From positions 105,028,001-105,092,000 of the forward strand of contig CM126202.1 in NCBI GenBank assembly GCA_052327205.1: 64,000 nt of DNA. The letters run 5' to 3'. The stretch comes from Somniosus microcephalus (lineage: Eukaryota). Made by a program: the position numbers and the translations under genes. Of this stretch, positions 39,991-53,415 are shown one piece after another (within the stretch, counting starts at the first letter, position 1; each line of letters starts with the position of its first letter). Under the pieces are notes generated by a model. It had not been told where the DNA came from, did not search any database, and was given only the letters and a program-made list of their open reading frames with translations.

Positions 39991-40207
39991 TTTTCTACAG
40001 TGTCAGTTTATTAATAACATTTTATTTGCAAATCCAGTTGAATGCCTGTTAAGAATTCCTAAATATTGTCATTAAGAACAAATTCTCCTTCATTTTCTAC
40101 CATCCCTCACCTTGATGAGCACAAAAATTCATCCCACCAGAAAAAGGTAACATTATTATTGCTACATAAATGATTAAGGAATCTAATTATATTCCATTTC
40201 ATTCTAT

Positions 40208-40416
40208 GGGGTAGAAATTCCGTAGCACCCATCTGTGCGCTCAGACTTGGCGCTGCAGAGACAGTTGCGCCTGAACTGAAAAGCACAAGGCCAGCCTGAA
40301 ATTGGGCATCGGACCTCATTAGCATTTTATTCCCGAGCTGCCGATACCTGTTGCACCTCCACATGCAGCTTGCGCATTGCGGGTCATGAATGTCACCGAG
40401 TACCAATTTCTATCCC
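40208..40416. mobile_element. Short Harbinger-type MITE
   Basis: TIRs ggggtagaaatt / aatttctatccc; flanks TAT / TAA. Confidence 0.65.
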
Positions 40417-41375
40417 TAATTATGCAAAGAATATTACAATTTGTATTGCTTACAAGGCAGCAGTGGAAGACATCAGCATCTAGAGACATGAAAATTGCAT
40501 GAATAGAATATACATATTTTCTTCAGTTATAAGCTGATATAAGAATTGCATCCATTCTAAGGCAAGGTAAAAAGCTGTTTAAAGATTCCTTGGAACTCAC
40601 CCAATGAAGCGCAACTAAGCAATTGCATAAACACTGTGGGGATGTAAGAAATTATTAATCTTCTCCCTCAATAAAATAATAAGTTTAATTCACCCACTTC
40701 CCCAAAAAGGGGCTGAATTATAGCCACCCCAGGGTAAGAATATGTTTGATTTCACTGTGTATAGTAAAATCATAAACAATTTCTTTTTGAATGTATTTAC
40801 GATGTCTGTACACATCACAAGCAGAGAAATTCAACTGTCCCACATGATCAAGAAAGGTATATCTGTGTGACCCAGACAAAAATTGTTGAGTTTGCACTCA
40901 TTTCACAATTCCTAGGTATAATTGGATAATTAATGAGTTGGGTAACAGGAAACATTGAGTGGTTATCACTGGTAATGGTTCTAATTGGGCAACTGTAAGC
41001 AGCAGAGGCCCCCAGGGATGAGTCCTGTGACCCACATGGTTCATAATATTTATTAATAACATTAATAAGGTATTGCAAGCACTATGTCTAAGTTTACAGT
41101 GACACCAAGCTGTGTGGGAAAGCAAGATGTTCCATAGAGATGGGCACAGTTTAAAGAGATTGACTGAGACTTAGCAGCTAAGCAGATGAATGGTAGATCG
41201 TATTTAATATTGAGAAACAAATAGCAAATCCAATTACTGAGTGAATGAATGCTTAGTTACAAATACAGCTCTGCCGTAAATACTTTCTTGCATTCAGTGG
41301 GCTCAGTCACTACCTGAAGTGGTCTGTCCAACTTACTTTTATGGGAATTGATTCTCAGTACCCTATATCTACTAT

Positions 41376-44300
41376 TGTAGGAATCGTCAAATTCCTAACT
41401 AATAACTGAGGTCGACTCAGGAGATCAAACAAACAGGTCTTTAATGTAAGACTAAACGAGTTCGAACCGTTTGTTGAGATCGATACAGGAGAACCACGAA
41501 AACAGGTCTTAACAAGATGGAGATTCCAGGAGGACTGCCTGGGCAGTCATGTGGTTTGCGACATGACGTCATCGCGTTTGCCCGCGTTTTCCCGCGCTCT
41601 TAAAGGGGCCACGCCCCGTACATACAAACACTATATACAAAACACAGTAATGTCTAACACAATGGTACCGGCTTAGGCTAATGGTAGAACATCGCTAAAC
41701 GGAATTATATACAGTTGCCCAGAGTCATTCAGTGGCTCCGCCACATGCGCCCCCCCAGAATTCGCTTTAACGGACAAAGTCAAACGGTGAGGGGGTCTGA
41801 TGAGCCTGTCAGAGCGACTCCTGTACTCCTGAGGCAGAGGCTGTTGGGCGGCTGGCGGTCTGGCGGGCGGTTGCACTTGGTCTGCTGTAACAGCGATGGG
41901 TGGCCGACCTCGTCTCAGCGGTTGTGCTGTCTCGACGGGGCGATCGAGGTCCAGATGTGCTGGCTTTAAGCGATCGACCGAAATGTGGTCCGGTTTACCA
42001 CCAACATCTACCATGAAGGTTTTGTCCCCTGCCTCCAACACACGGAAGGGACCAGTATATGGGGCCTTGAGTGGATCCCTATGAGCATCGTGGCGAATAA
42101 AGACGTACTCAGCCTTGTGAAGCTGGCCAGACGCGGACCATGGCTTTGTCGATGCTGGCAGGAAATCCCCCCGAGACTCGCAGCGGCTGACCGTACACCA
42201 GCTCCGCTGATGAAGAGTGAAGGTCTTCCTTGGGGGCCGTGCGAAGGCCCAACAGGACCCACGGTAGCTTGTCTGCCCATCCAGCGTCCTGGAGGCTGGA
42301 AGCGTTCACCGAGGCCATTCGCCTGTGGGTGGTAGGCCGTGGTGCAGTGCAACTTGACACTGAGTCCTTGGGCCACTGCATTCCAGAGTTCGGAGGAAAA
42401 CTGCGGTCCTCTGTCGGAAGAAATATCTGCGGGCACTCCGAAACGGGCGACCCAGGTGGAAATGAATGCCTTGGCCACGTCCGCCGAAGTAGTGGATGAC
42501 GGGAACCGCCTCCGGCCATCTGGTGGTGCGGTCAACCATGGTCAGGATGTGTGAAAAACCATGGGAGGGTGGGAGTGGTCCTACCAGGTCCACATTGACA
42601 TGGTCAAAACGTCGCTCCGGAACTGTGAATCTGGCCAACGGAGCTTTGACGTGGCGCTGTACTTTGGCCTTTTGGCAGACCACGCAGGTGTTGGCCCAGT
42701 CACGGACATCCTTGTGCATGCCATGCCATACGAATTTCGCTGACATCAGCTTCTGAGAGGCCTTCATTCCTGGGTATGACAACCCGTGTATGGCATCGAA
42801 CACTTTACGGCGCCAGACAACCAGCAGGACCGGGCGAGAGTCCCGTACGGAGATGTCACACAACAGCGTGGTACCTGCCGAATGGAACTTGACGTCAGCC
42901 AACCGGAGGCCAGTGACGGTCGTTCTGCAGGCTTGGACTTCTGGGTCTGAGGCTTGGTCCGCTGCCATGAGGACGTAATCGATGCCCAAATGAACTGTAT
43001 TGACGGTCGCGCGGGAGAGGCAGTCTGCCACCAGGTTGTCCTTACCGGCCACGTGCTGTATATCCGTGGTGAATTCGGATATGTAGGTCAGTTGATGTTG
43101 CTGTCGGGATGACCATGGTTCGGCGGTCTTGGCCATGGCAAAAGTTAGTGGCTTATGGTCCACAAAGGCGGTGAACGGACGTCCTTCCAGGAGGAAGCGA
43201 AAATGGCGGATGGCCAGAAAAAGGGCGAGCAACTCCCGGTCGAACGTGCTATATGCTCTCTCATTCCGCCGTAGTTGATGGCTGAAGAATGCCAACGGCT
43301 GCCATGTCCCGTTCACCCACTGCTCTTGCACGGCGCCGATTGCGTAGTCTGACGCGTCGGTGGTGAGGGCGATGGTGGCTCCTGGCAGCGGGTGCACCAG
43401 CTTGGTTGCGTTGGCTAAGGCGCTTTTGGTGTCGGCGAACGCTCGGGCCATGTCATCCGTCCAGTCTACTGGGTTCTTGCCAGTCTTGCCCTTGAGGGCC
43501 TCGTACAGGGGCTGCATGAGTAGTGCTGCCTTAGGCACGAAACGGTGGTAAAAGTTTACCATGCCTAGGAATTCCTGCAGGGCCTTAATGTTTTGCGGGC
43601 GTGGAAAGGATATCACCACCTCTACCTTCACTTGTAAAGGAACTGCTCCCTCTGTGGTGATGCGATGCCCCAGGAAATCAATTTGGTGCAGGCCAAACTG
43701 ACACTTGGCCGGGTTGATAATCAGGCCGTGTTGGCTCAGGCGTCGAAAAAGGGTGCGTAGGTGACAGATATGTTCCTCTTTAGTAGGACTGGCAATTAGA
43801 ATATCGTCCAGGTAGACGAAGAGGAACTTGAGGTCCCACAGCACAGAGTCCATCAGGCGTTGGAAAGCCTGGGCGGCGTTCTTTAACCCAAACGACATTC
43901 GCAAAAACTCGAAGAGGCCAAATGGGGCGATGACTGCGGTCTTTTGGACATCCTGTGGGTGCACTGGGACCTGGTGGTAGCCCCGTACGAGGTCGACTTT
44001 CGAGAAGACGGTGCTCCCTGCCAAATGGGCAGAGGAATCCTGGATGTGGGGGATCGGGTACCGATCAGGAGTGGTGGCGTTGTTTAGGCGTCGATAGTCG
44101 CTGTATGGTCGTCATCCGCCGCCAGGCTTCGGGACGATATGGAGGGGTGAAGACCAGGGACTATTCGACCGGCGAATAATCCCTAACCGTTCCATGGCTG
44201 CGAACTCCGCCTTTGCGACCGCCAGCTTGCCAGGTTCCAGGCGCCGGGCTCACGCGTTGACCGGGGGGCCGTTGGTGGTGATGTGGTGCTCAACACCATG

Positions 44301-45850
44301 TTTCGTGACTGTGGAGGAGAACGTGGGTCTTGTCAGGTCAGGAAATTCGGCGAGCAGACGAGCGAACTTGTCAGGAGTCGGGAAAGCACAGGCGACGGTG
44401 CACGATGTAGTGTTACTGCGGTAACAAGGGATAGAATTGAAAGTTTCTGCGTTGATCAACCACCGGTTTTTCACATCGACCAGGAGGCTGTTGGCCCACA
44501 GGAAATCTGTGCCAAGAATGGGCTGAGAAACCTTGGCCGTAACAAACTCCCAGTGAAAACGTTGCCCCCCGAAGCACACCTCCACTCGCCGTCTGCTGAA
44601 GGTCCGAATTGCTCCGCCATTGGCCGCTTCAAAGGCGAGGCCGTGATTCCCTGCCTGCACATCGAGGGCGGACGTGGGTAAAATGTTGCACTGCGCTCCA
44701 GTGTCGCACAGAAAACGACAACCGGAGAGCGTATCGGTGATGAAAAGCAACTTGCCCGCATTGCCGATTGCCATGGCGGACGCGGGGCGCCCGTTAGACC
44801 CGTTCCTCAGTAGTCGCGGTTGTTTTTTTGGGGGGAAAGCTGCAGGGAGGGCAGCAATGTCTCGCCTTCATGCCGAACTGCGCGTGGTAGAAACACAGCC
44901 CAGCAGGCTGACGAGCTGGGGCGGCGTCTGTGGGGGATGGGCGCCTCGTGGCGGTGCAGTACTGCTGCGTTACCACGAAAATTTTGTCCGCCTCTGCCGC
45001 GAGTGCCGAGCAGTCTTCCACCTCGGATCTGGCCAGGGCAGCTTGCACCTGCTCAGGCAGCTGGCTGAGGAATAGTTCACAGAAAAGGAAGCATTCCGGT
45101 TCTGAGCCCAGGAGTGTGAGCATTTGGCTCATCAACTCCGAAGGCTTGGAGTCCTCGAGCCCGGGCATAGCGAGCAATCGACGGGCGCGCTCCGATTTAA
45201 TGAGCCCGAAAACTTGCAGCAACCGCGCCTTAAGGGTTTCATACTTGCGCTCTGTTGGAGGGTTCTCGAGGAGGCTATTGATCCGCGAGGTGGTAGAGCC
45301 ATCGAGTGCGGAGACCACATAGAGATATTTGGTCTGATCCGCAACGATGTCCCTCAGGGCGAACTGGGCCTCGACCTGAATGAACCAAGAGGTCGCTTGC
45401 TGCTCCCAGAACTGCGGTAGGTTCAGCGAAACGGCGTTGGCCTCCATGTTGTGTTCTTTTTGCGAAAAACGTTCACAAAAAACGGGGTCACCAATGTAGG
45501 AATCCTAACTAATAACTGAGGTCAACTCAGGAGATCAAACAAACAGCTCTTTAATGTAAGACTAAACGAGTTCGAACTGTTTGTTGAGATCAATACAGGA
45601 GAACCACGAAAACAGGTCTTAACAAGATGGAGATTCCACAAGGACTGCCTGGGCAGTCACGTGGTTTGCGATGTGACGTCATCGCATTTCCCGCATTTTC
45701 CCGCACTCTTAAAGGGGCCATGCCCTGTACATACAAACACTACAAAACACAGTAATGTCTAACACAATGGTACCGGCTTAGGCTGGTGTTAGAACATCGT
45801 TAAAGGGATTTATATACAGTTGCCCAGAGTCATTCAGTGGCTCCGCCACA
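41376..45850 (-). mobile_element. Ty3/Gypsy LTR retrotransposon, older, frameshifted
   Basis: LTRs 41376-41745 and 45495-45850 (several % diverged). PBS TGGTGACCCCG (tRNA-Trp-like). PPT GGGGGGGCGCA. Flanks CTAT / ATAT. Gag 44794-45447, PR CDTGA, RT YLDD with RNase H and IN at 42306-44024. Confidence 0.95.
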
Positions 45851-47969
45851 ATATAACATAACCCAGGATGTAACAGTAGCACCGCACCCCCCCCGCCTCC
45901 GCAGCCCCCTGTGATCTGCACTGGATATTTGTTTATTTTATATATGCACTTCTTAAATCTCTCGTGGATCAAGTAAACACTTGGTGAGATCAGGCCAGAT
46001 AGGAATCATCAAGTTGCTTTATTGCACAGTAAGCCAATCATATGGAAAACTCATGATCGGACTTACTTAATGTAATCCATGCTACTTATTGTTTAACAAC
46101 ATAAAATATCATGCCATACTGCCCCACATCAGTGGATCATCTTACTAGACTTAAACAAGATGGCTTCTAACTGTCCTCCAGCATTTCTAACCTCGTCAAC
46201 TTCATGAAAGCCCTCACAAACTTCTCTTTAACAAATGGGAATATTTTCACTGTGCTCTCGTTCCAAAAAGCCTCACTGCCTGTGTCCCCATCTCTGCCTT
46301 GTCTGCCTCTCTAGCAGCTAATGGGATCAGATCTTTTCCCACACACGGGCGTGAGGTGTTTGTCAATTGCTGAGACAATCTAATGAATTACTTGTATACA
46401 ATCTATAGGAAGACAACATTACCACTAGCTCATTAGTAGCTTAACTGCCTATTGTCCTGGCTTATTTTTACTTGTTTGAATACAGTATGTTTTTTAAAAT
46501 GCAACTTTAAAACGAACTAATTTTTCCAAATCCTTTCTCTGGAAAAATGTTAAGGGAATTCCCAAAACATGACATAACATGCTGTTAAATACTATGGCCG
46601 AATTTTCTGGGGTTTGTGCGGGCGCGATCAGAGGCGGGTCGGGTGGGAAATATGAAAAAAGTTGGAGTAGGTCGGGAACCCGCCGTCATCCCGCCCCCAC
46701 TCGCCTTTCCCTTGGGCGCGTTTGCCAGTGCAGCAGCGACCCAACCGGCATGGTTGGCGACCTAATTGAAATCATTATAAGCTTGATGTCAGACACTTAG
46801 CCTTTTCCCCCCCTACATTTCAAATTTCCCTGCATGGCCACGGGATTTATGCAGCTCGGGAACCTCATCTGTTAACCTGAGGCAGGAGTTGAGTGGCCAT
46901 TACTCCAGCTGATTACTTGACTGCATCAAATGTACTATAAAAGCTCCAACCTCACAGCTGATCACTTTCCTCGGGCAGAAGCTGTTGCTGACTACATTGC
47001 CAGCACAGATTTAACTTTCTGCAGGCTGCAAGAGTTTCCAACAAAGCCTCCATGCAGTGTCACCTCATTGGAAGAACCTCTCTCTCCATTGACAGATTGC
47101 TTCTGTCAACTCCACTTGACCTGCTATCTATTCCATCAGCATAGGTACTGTTTATACTGTCTCACGTTGGACCTCAGAATCTAACCACGATGAGCCCCAA
47201 CACCAGCAGCATCAGGCACACCAGCAGCACCAACAACAACACCACCAACCTTTTCCGCAACCACCTAATGCTGCACAGGGCAGAGGGCATCAGTACCCGA
47301 GCACACTGCTGCCCAGGAGGCCAAGGATGGCCACATCATGGCCAGATTTACTTAACTTTATGCTGTACACCCAAATGGCTGCCACAAGATGTGCCAGGTT
47401 GGCACCACCCCACAGCAGCACCCTAAAGGAACCCTACAATAACCAAGCCATTCCTTTCACACTGACCATCATTGATGGAAGTTCCGGTATGTGTTACCAG
47501 TCACTGTAACTCACTAAGCCGCTTCCAAAGGTGCGCACAATTGTGTCCAAGACAGGAAAATTATGAAAATAAAGATTTTAATGGTTGACAGTACATTAAC
47601 GGAAACTTGCCATTAGTATTGACAAAAACACCCAAGTGGCTACCCTTGTGAATCTACTTGTGTGTCATTTTTCTCTTCCACGTGCTTCTACGAGGTGCTA
47701 CCCCTGTGGCTTCAGCAGAGGTAGAGGCAGCCTGCTCACTTTCTTGCTGCTACTACTTAGACATGTTTGGCGGACGTCCTCTGAGTTTTGGAGCCTGTGA
47801 TGGTCCCGCCAAAGTCTGCTCCTCTTGCAACTGTGCAGGGGCAGACTTGGCCATCGTGATCCAAGGAGCCATCTGGGGCTCTGACTGAGGGGGTGGCAAA
47901 GGGGGAGAAGTGTGAGTGCTTTGAGAGGAGCCCACACTTCCCTCTCTCCTCTCACTGTCACCCCTCCCA

Positions 47970-49007
47970 TACAGGAACAAGGATGTCTTGCTACAGTTGT
48001 ACAGGGCCTTGGTGAGACCGCATGTTCTGGACATTTTACATGCAGATAGCACCCTCTCGTGGTAGCTATTGTATAGCAGTGATGTTCTGGACTGATGAAC
48101 CATTTTATATGCAGATAGCACCCTCTGGTGGTGGTTATCGTGTTAGAAGTTTGTATGAAGCAGAGGTCATTTGACCTTTCTACCTTTCTTCCTGTGTGAC
48201 TCAGGAAGTAGAATCCCAGGAAGTGGAATTCCAGGAAAAACCTGACTTGAGTAATGGAGGATTCCATGCGGGATTCACAATCCAATGTAATCTGATCTTC
48301 TATTTTAGGCCAAACGCAATATCTTTTCACAAATTTGTTCAAGTAAAGCTTCAAAACAGCAAATGGCTTCACGAGGAATTACTTTGAATAAGTGTTTAAC
48401 TTGCTGGATAACTAGATAGGAGCACGTCTAGCGCGGCCAGTACACCGCACCTTGAGTAGTGTGTGCAGTTTTGGTCGCCTTACCTGAGGAAGGATGTTCT
48501 TGCCATGGAAGGAGTGCAGCGAAGATTCACCAGGCTGATACCTGGGATGGCAGGAATGACGTATGAGGAAAGATTGTGTCGATTGGGCTTATACTCACTG
48601 GAATTTAGAAGATTGAGAGGGGATCTCATCGAAACCTATAAAATTCTGTCAGGCCTGGACAGACTAGATGCAGGAAGGATGTTTCTGATGGCCGGGGAGT
48701 CCAGAACCAGGGGTCATAGTCTAAGGATAAGGGGTAAGCCATTTAGGACTGAAATGAGGAGGAATTTCTTCACCCAGAGAGTGGTGAACCTGTGGAATTC
48801 TCTGCCAGAGGGCGGTGGAGGCCAGTTCATTAAATATATTCAAGGAAGAGTTGGATATATTTCTTAAGGCTAAAGGGATCAAGGGATATGGGGAGAAGGC
48901 AGGGACAGGGTGCTGAATTTGGATGATCAGCCATGATCTCATTGAATGGTGGAGCAGGCTCGAGGGGCCAAATGGCCTACTCCTGCTCCTATCTTCTATG
49001 TTTCTAT
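47970..49007 (+). mobile_element. CR1 3' fragment inside the Harbinger element
   Basis: YRNKDVLLQLYRALVRPH[insertion]LE*CVQFWSPYLRKD...; tail ttctatgtttctat. Confidence 0.92.
48023..48444. mobile_element. Solo LTR (422 bp)
   Basis: tgttctgg...ccagtaca termini, perfect 5-bp TSD CCGCA, interrupts the CR1 reading frame. Confidence 0.88.
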
Positions 49008-49819
49008 AGGCCACCCGCACTTCCCTGCTGGAGCTGGAGAGCACCTTGTTGCACATCAGTGGGGCCATGAGGACTCACATCTATGCTGACATCCCTCCTA
49101 GACAGGAGGTCTATGAGCCTCTGTCATCTATTCTCCATATATAGCCATCTATTCTCCATAGATAGCATATGCTCCTGTGAGTGGCGCATTAGCTGCTCCA
49201 TGCAGGTGGCCATCCTATCCATGGAAGAGCCTACAGTCACAGTGGTGCTCATGTTGGAGATGGACTCCTCCATTCTCTGAACATTTGCAGACATCATGCT
49301 CGCAAAACCTGTCAGAGCTTCCTGCACTTCTTGCTGCACCTCCAGGATCGCTCTCTTTCTGGATGGCCCCTGAGGCTCAGCATCTGCATGCAGCTGAGCA
49401 GAGCTGGGAGTGTCCTATGCCCTCCGGCGAGGAGTCTCCACTGCTGTCCCTGTCTCCACCATCTGCTCTTGCTCACTTGTGACTTGTGACGGACCCGGTG
49501 ACAACACTACTCTATTTCGCGTTGGACCCACCGAGGTGTGCATCTCTGCGCTGGTGCTGGGTGCGCTCATGTCTGGTGACGCTGCTCCCTCAGAGGCTGG
49601 AGGTTCCTCTGAGGAGTCGTCTGCTCTTCCTCCTGGATAGTGGGGTGGGGGGAGGCTCTTGATGGACCTGTGGGAGAGTAAAGAGATGAGTTAGATATGC
49701 CATATGAAGAATGGGTGCACATATCATTATGCACATGATGACCATTCAGTGGCTGATGATATCAGTCCCTATATGAGTCACTGCTGTATGCCATGTAGCT
49801 GTATGATATGTAATTCTGC

Positions 49820-50532
49820 CACTAAGTTCCTGGGATGTCCCCCTCTCCTCCCATCTCCAGCTTGTCGGCCACTCGCAAGACTTCCAACGCAGCCTCCCAT
49901 GCTGTTGTTAGTGTCGCAAATGATGGAGTGCCACCTCCAGTTCTCTCCCTTTCCCTCTTATTGTGAGCTCCCTTCTGCAAGGAGGGAAAGAAGAGAAGGT
50001 GAGTGAGAGATGAAATGAGTGTAAGGAATGGATGGGTTACATCTTTAGAGGGAGACTATGATGGAGTGGGCTCCTTGTGTGTTGTTAGTTGGTATGATTG
50101 CGTTAGAATGAGGGTGAGTGTGAGGGGTGGCTAGTAAGATAGGGATGTGATAATGTAGATAGAGAGAGGGATGGGTGGACGTGAAACGTATGTTGTGAAT
50201 AAGGATCTGCAGAAGTAGAGTTGGGAAGGCAGAGTGATGGGGATGTGATGAGAGGCACAGCAGGATGAAGTTGAGTGTGGCTTTGTACTCACCTTTCCTG
50301 ATCTAATGAGATAATTGAAATGTTTGCAGCGCTGCATCCAGGTCCTCCTGACCACATCCCTGCTATTGAACTCCTCTGTAATTTGGAGCCAGGCTCTTTT
50401 TGTTTCCTGGGGAAGTCTCTTCTGCCCATTGGAAGGGAAGAGGACCTCCCACCGTGCACTGACTCCCTCCACAAGAATATGAAAGGAGTCATCGGAGAAC
50501 CTGGGTGCAGCCCTCTGTCTCTGTGCAGCCAT
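49820..50532 (-). pseudogene. Harbinger Myb/SANT-like DNA-binding protein, exons 1-2
   Basis: Exon 1 50532-50293 (80 codons, MAAQRQRAAPRFSDDS...KRAWLQI...RRTWMQRCKHFNYLIRSGK |gtgagt). Exon 2 from ttgcAG|49974 in frame: KGAHNKRERERTGGG. The downstream exon is interrupted by a CR1. Confidence 0.8.
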
Positions 50533-51149
50533 CTCTCCAACTGTTTGGAGCAATGCAAAACTCCAGTGTAGTGACTGCACACTCCTAGATGAACTTTCAA
50601 ATGCAATGTGGCCATGCCCCCTTTAAATATACCGGCTGAAAATACGTCATGGATGATGTTATCAGACCCGCACCATTTAATTGGGCCGAGCCATGCGCAG
50701 GGCGGGCTAAATAGGCCCCATTATCACAAAGTCCTTTTCTGTAGCGGGATGGAAGCAGCAACAGGATTGCGATCCGACACACCGACCGCCCGCACCCGAC
50801 CCACTCAGGTACAGAAATTTCCGGCCTATGAAGCAGGAAAAAGCCATGAATGTGGTAGTTCACCAAATGTTGGGAAAACAGTCAAAGTATATTGCTGCAA
50901 TTCTGAATATTCGATCTAAAGGCAGATTCAAAGGAAGTTAATTCCCACGTGACCTATTTTTAGCACAATAGCTAATGTATTTCCATCAGATTCCAGCCTG
51001 TGCAATTCTAACAGTTATTATTCCATTTGTTTTACATAAACTAATGACTGTTAAGATAGCACATGGAATTAATTAAAACTAATTTTGAACTTTGGCGATA
51101 GCATAAAACTATATGGCCACGAAATTCGGCACCTTCTAAGAATAAAACC

Positions 51150-52405
51150 GGATGGACCACCCAGCACCAACCTAGGCACACAACAAAGGCACACCCAGCC
51201 CAGTTGACCCTGCAAAGTCCTCCTCACTAACATCTAGAGACTTGTGTCAAAATTGGGAGAGCTGTCCCACAGACTAGTCAAGCAACAGCCTGACATAGTC
51301 ATAGTCACAGAATCATACATTTCAGCCAACGTCCCAGACTCCTCCATCACCATCCCTGGTTATATCCTGTCCCACTGCCAGAACAGACCCACCAGAGATG
51401 GCAGCACATGGTATACAGTCGGGAGGGAGTAATCCTGGGAGTCTTCAACATTGACTCCGGACCCCATGAAGTCTCATGTCATCAGGTCAAACATGGGCAA
51501 GGAAACCTCCTGCTGATTACTACCTACTTCCCTCCCTCAGCTGATGAATCAGTACTCCTCCATGTTGAACACCACTTGGAAGAAGCACTGGGGGTAGCAA
51601 GGGCACAGAATGTACTCTGGGTGGGGGACTTCAATGTCCATCACCAAGGGTGGCTCCGTAGCACCACTACTGACCAAGCTGGCCGAGTCCTGAAGGACCT
51701 AGCTGCCAGACTGGGCCTGTGGAAGGTGGTGGGAGAACCAACACGAGGGAAATACCTGTTGCAGATAGCTGTCCATGACAGCATTGGTAGGAGTGACCAC
51801 CACACAGTCCTTATGGAGACAAAGTCCCATCTTCACACTGAGGGCACTCTCTATTGTGTTGTGTGGCACTACCACCATGCTAAATGGGATAGATTCAGAA
51901 CACATCTAGCAGCTCAAAACTGGGCATCCATGAAGTGCTGTGGGCCATCAGCAGCAGCAGAATTGTATTCCACCACAATCTGTAAACTCATGCCCCGGCA
52001 TATTCCTCACTCTACCATTACCATCAAGCCAGGGGACCAACCCTGGTTCAAGGAGGAGAGTAGAAGAGCACACCAGGAGCAGCACCAGGCATACCTAAAA
52101 ATGAAGTGCCAACCTGGTGAAGCTACAACACAGGACTACATACATGCGAAACGGTGATCGCACAACCAACGGATCAGATCAAAGCTCTGCAGTCTTGCCC
52201 ACATCCAGTCGTGAATAGTGGTGGACAATTAAACAATAAACAGGAGAAGGAGGCTCTATAAACATCACATCCTCAATGATGGCGGAGCCCAGCACGTGAG
52301 TGCAAAAGACAACCCTGAAGCGTTTGCAACCATCTTCAGCCAGAAGTGCCGAGTGGATGATCCATCTCGGCCTTCTCCTGAGGTCCCCACCATCACAGAA
52401 GCCAG
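51150..52405 (+). mobile_element. LINE ORF2 5' part (APE endonuclease), degraded
   Basis: PDIVIVTESY, TYFPP, WVGDFNVHH and GRSDHH motifs (ORFs 51244-51432, 51408-52157). Confidence 0.85.
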
Positions 52406-53415
52406 TTTATTTTTTAAATTACATGGGGAACTAATCAGGTGAATGTGAAATACTTTTGTACAGAACAAGAAAAAGAGACCCATGGGTCATGATTGTAAGC
52501 TAAGCATTGAGCGACTCCTCATTCTCAGTTATTTCAATCTCCATCTTAGCATCCCTTGCACACTCCCTTCTAAATTCATTGCTCTCCTACCCCCCTAAAC
52601 TTTTCCCTCCATATAAACCTTCTTACCCATATTCACAGCCACCCCTTTGAGCTCGCCATATCTTGTGGCCTCTCTATTCATGAAAAGGCCATCTCAGACC
52701 ACTTCCTTGTATCCCTCGCACATCCCCCTCCCTCTTACCAACCCACTGCATCCATCCTTGGAATAAGCTCTCCCCTAAGTAATTTACAACTGCAATTTCA
52801 AACTCCCAACTACTTAGCCTTTGATCTACCATTCACCACAACACTTCTGCAGCTGTTAATTTGCTCAACCACTCCTTCACCTCCACCTCTAAAAAGGCAA
52901 TGTTCTCCCTTTCTCTCGTGAAGCTGGTAACAAATGCTGTGGTATCATATTACATTGCATCCGCCCAAAATGCTATATTCTAGATTGTAGCTGCACAGTC
53001 GGTAATAACCTTCTGCTTATACCTCCCCCAAGTAGGTGATTTGAAGTATGAGCCTAGATGAGGGCTGGCGGACTATACAGCTAAAGGAGGACTGACACAG
53101 CCATGCCCGATCTTGTCCTCTCATCTAATGTCCACACATGTTGTAAAGTTTCGCTACATTACAGCAGTGACTACACTTCTGAATCTATCCCAGTTAGCAT
53201 GGTGGTAGTGACACACAACACAATAGAGAGTGCTTTGGGACCTCATGAGGTTGTGAAAGGCGCTATATAAATGCAAGTTTTTCTTTTCTTTCTTAATTAT
53301 GTGTACTTTCCCACAGGGATTACTGGACAGTAATCATGAGTGAGCAGTCTGACTAATTGTTCTGCTCTAACCCAGCAACATTGAGGCCCAGTGTAGTGCC
53401 CCAGAACTGGTGAGT

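Larger units (their letters stand above)
46596..50826. mobile_element. PIF/Harbinger element keeping the Myb/SANT gene, transposase core apparently deleted
   Basis: TIRs ggccgaattttctg / cagaaatttccggcc; TSD TAT; spliced Myb-like ORF on the minus strand; no DDE motifs found. Confidence 0.85.

Noticed and set aside
47698-48372. 224-aa ORF as a gene
   Set aside because: Runs across solo LTR, antisense CR1 and Harbinger sequence; a chance chimera.
51195-51265. Possible HDV-like ribozyme (tcctcctcac) at the LINE 5' end
   Set aside because: P1/P3 pairings could not be built, and the segment overlaps the first endonuclease motif codons.
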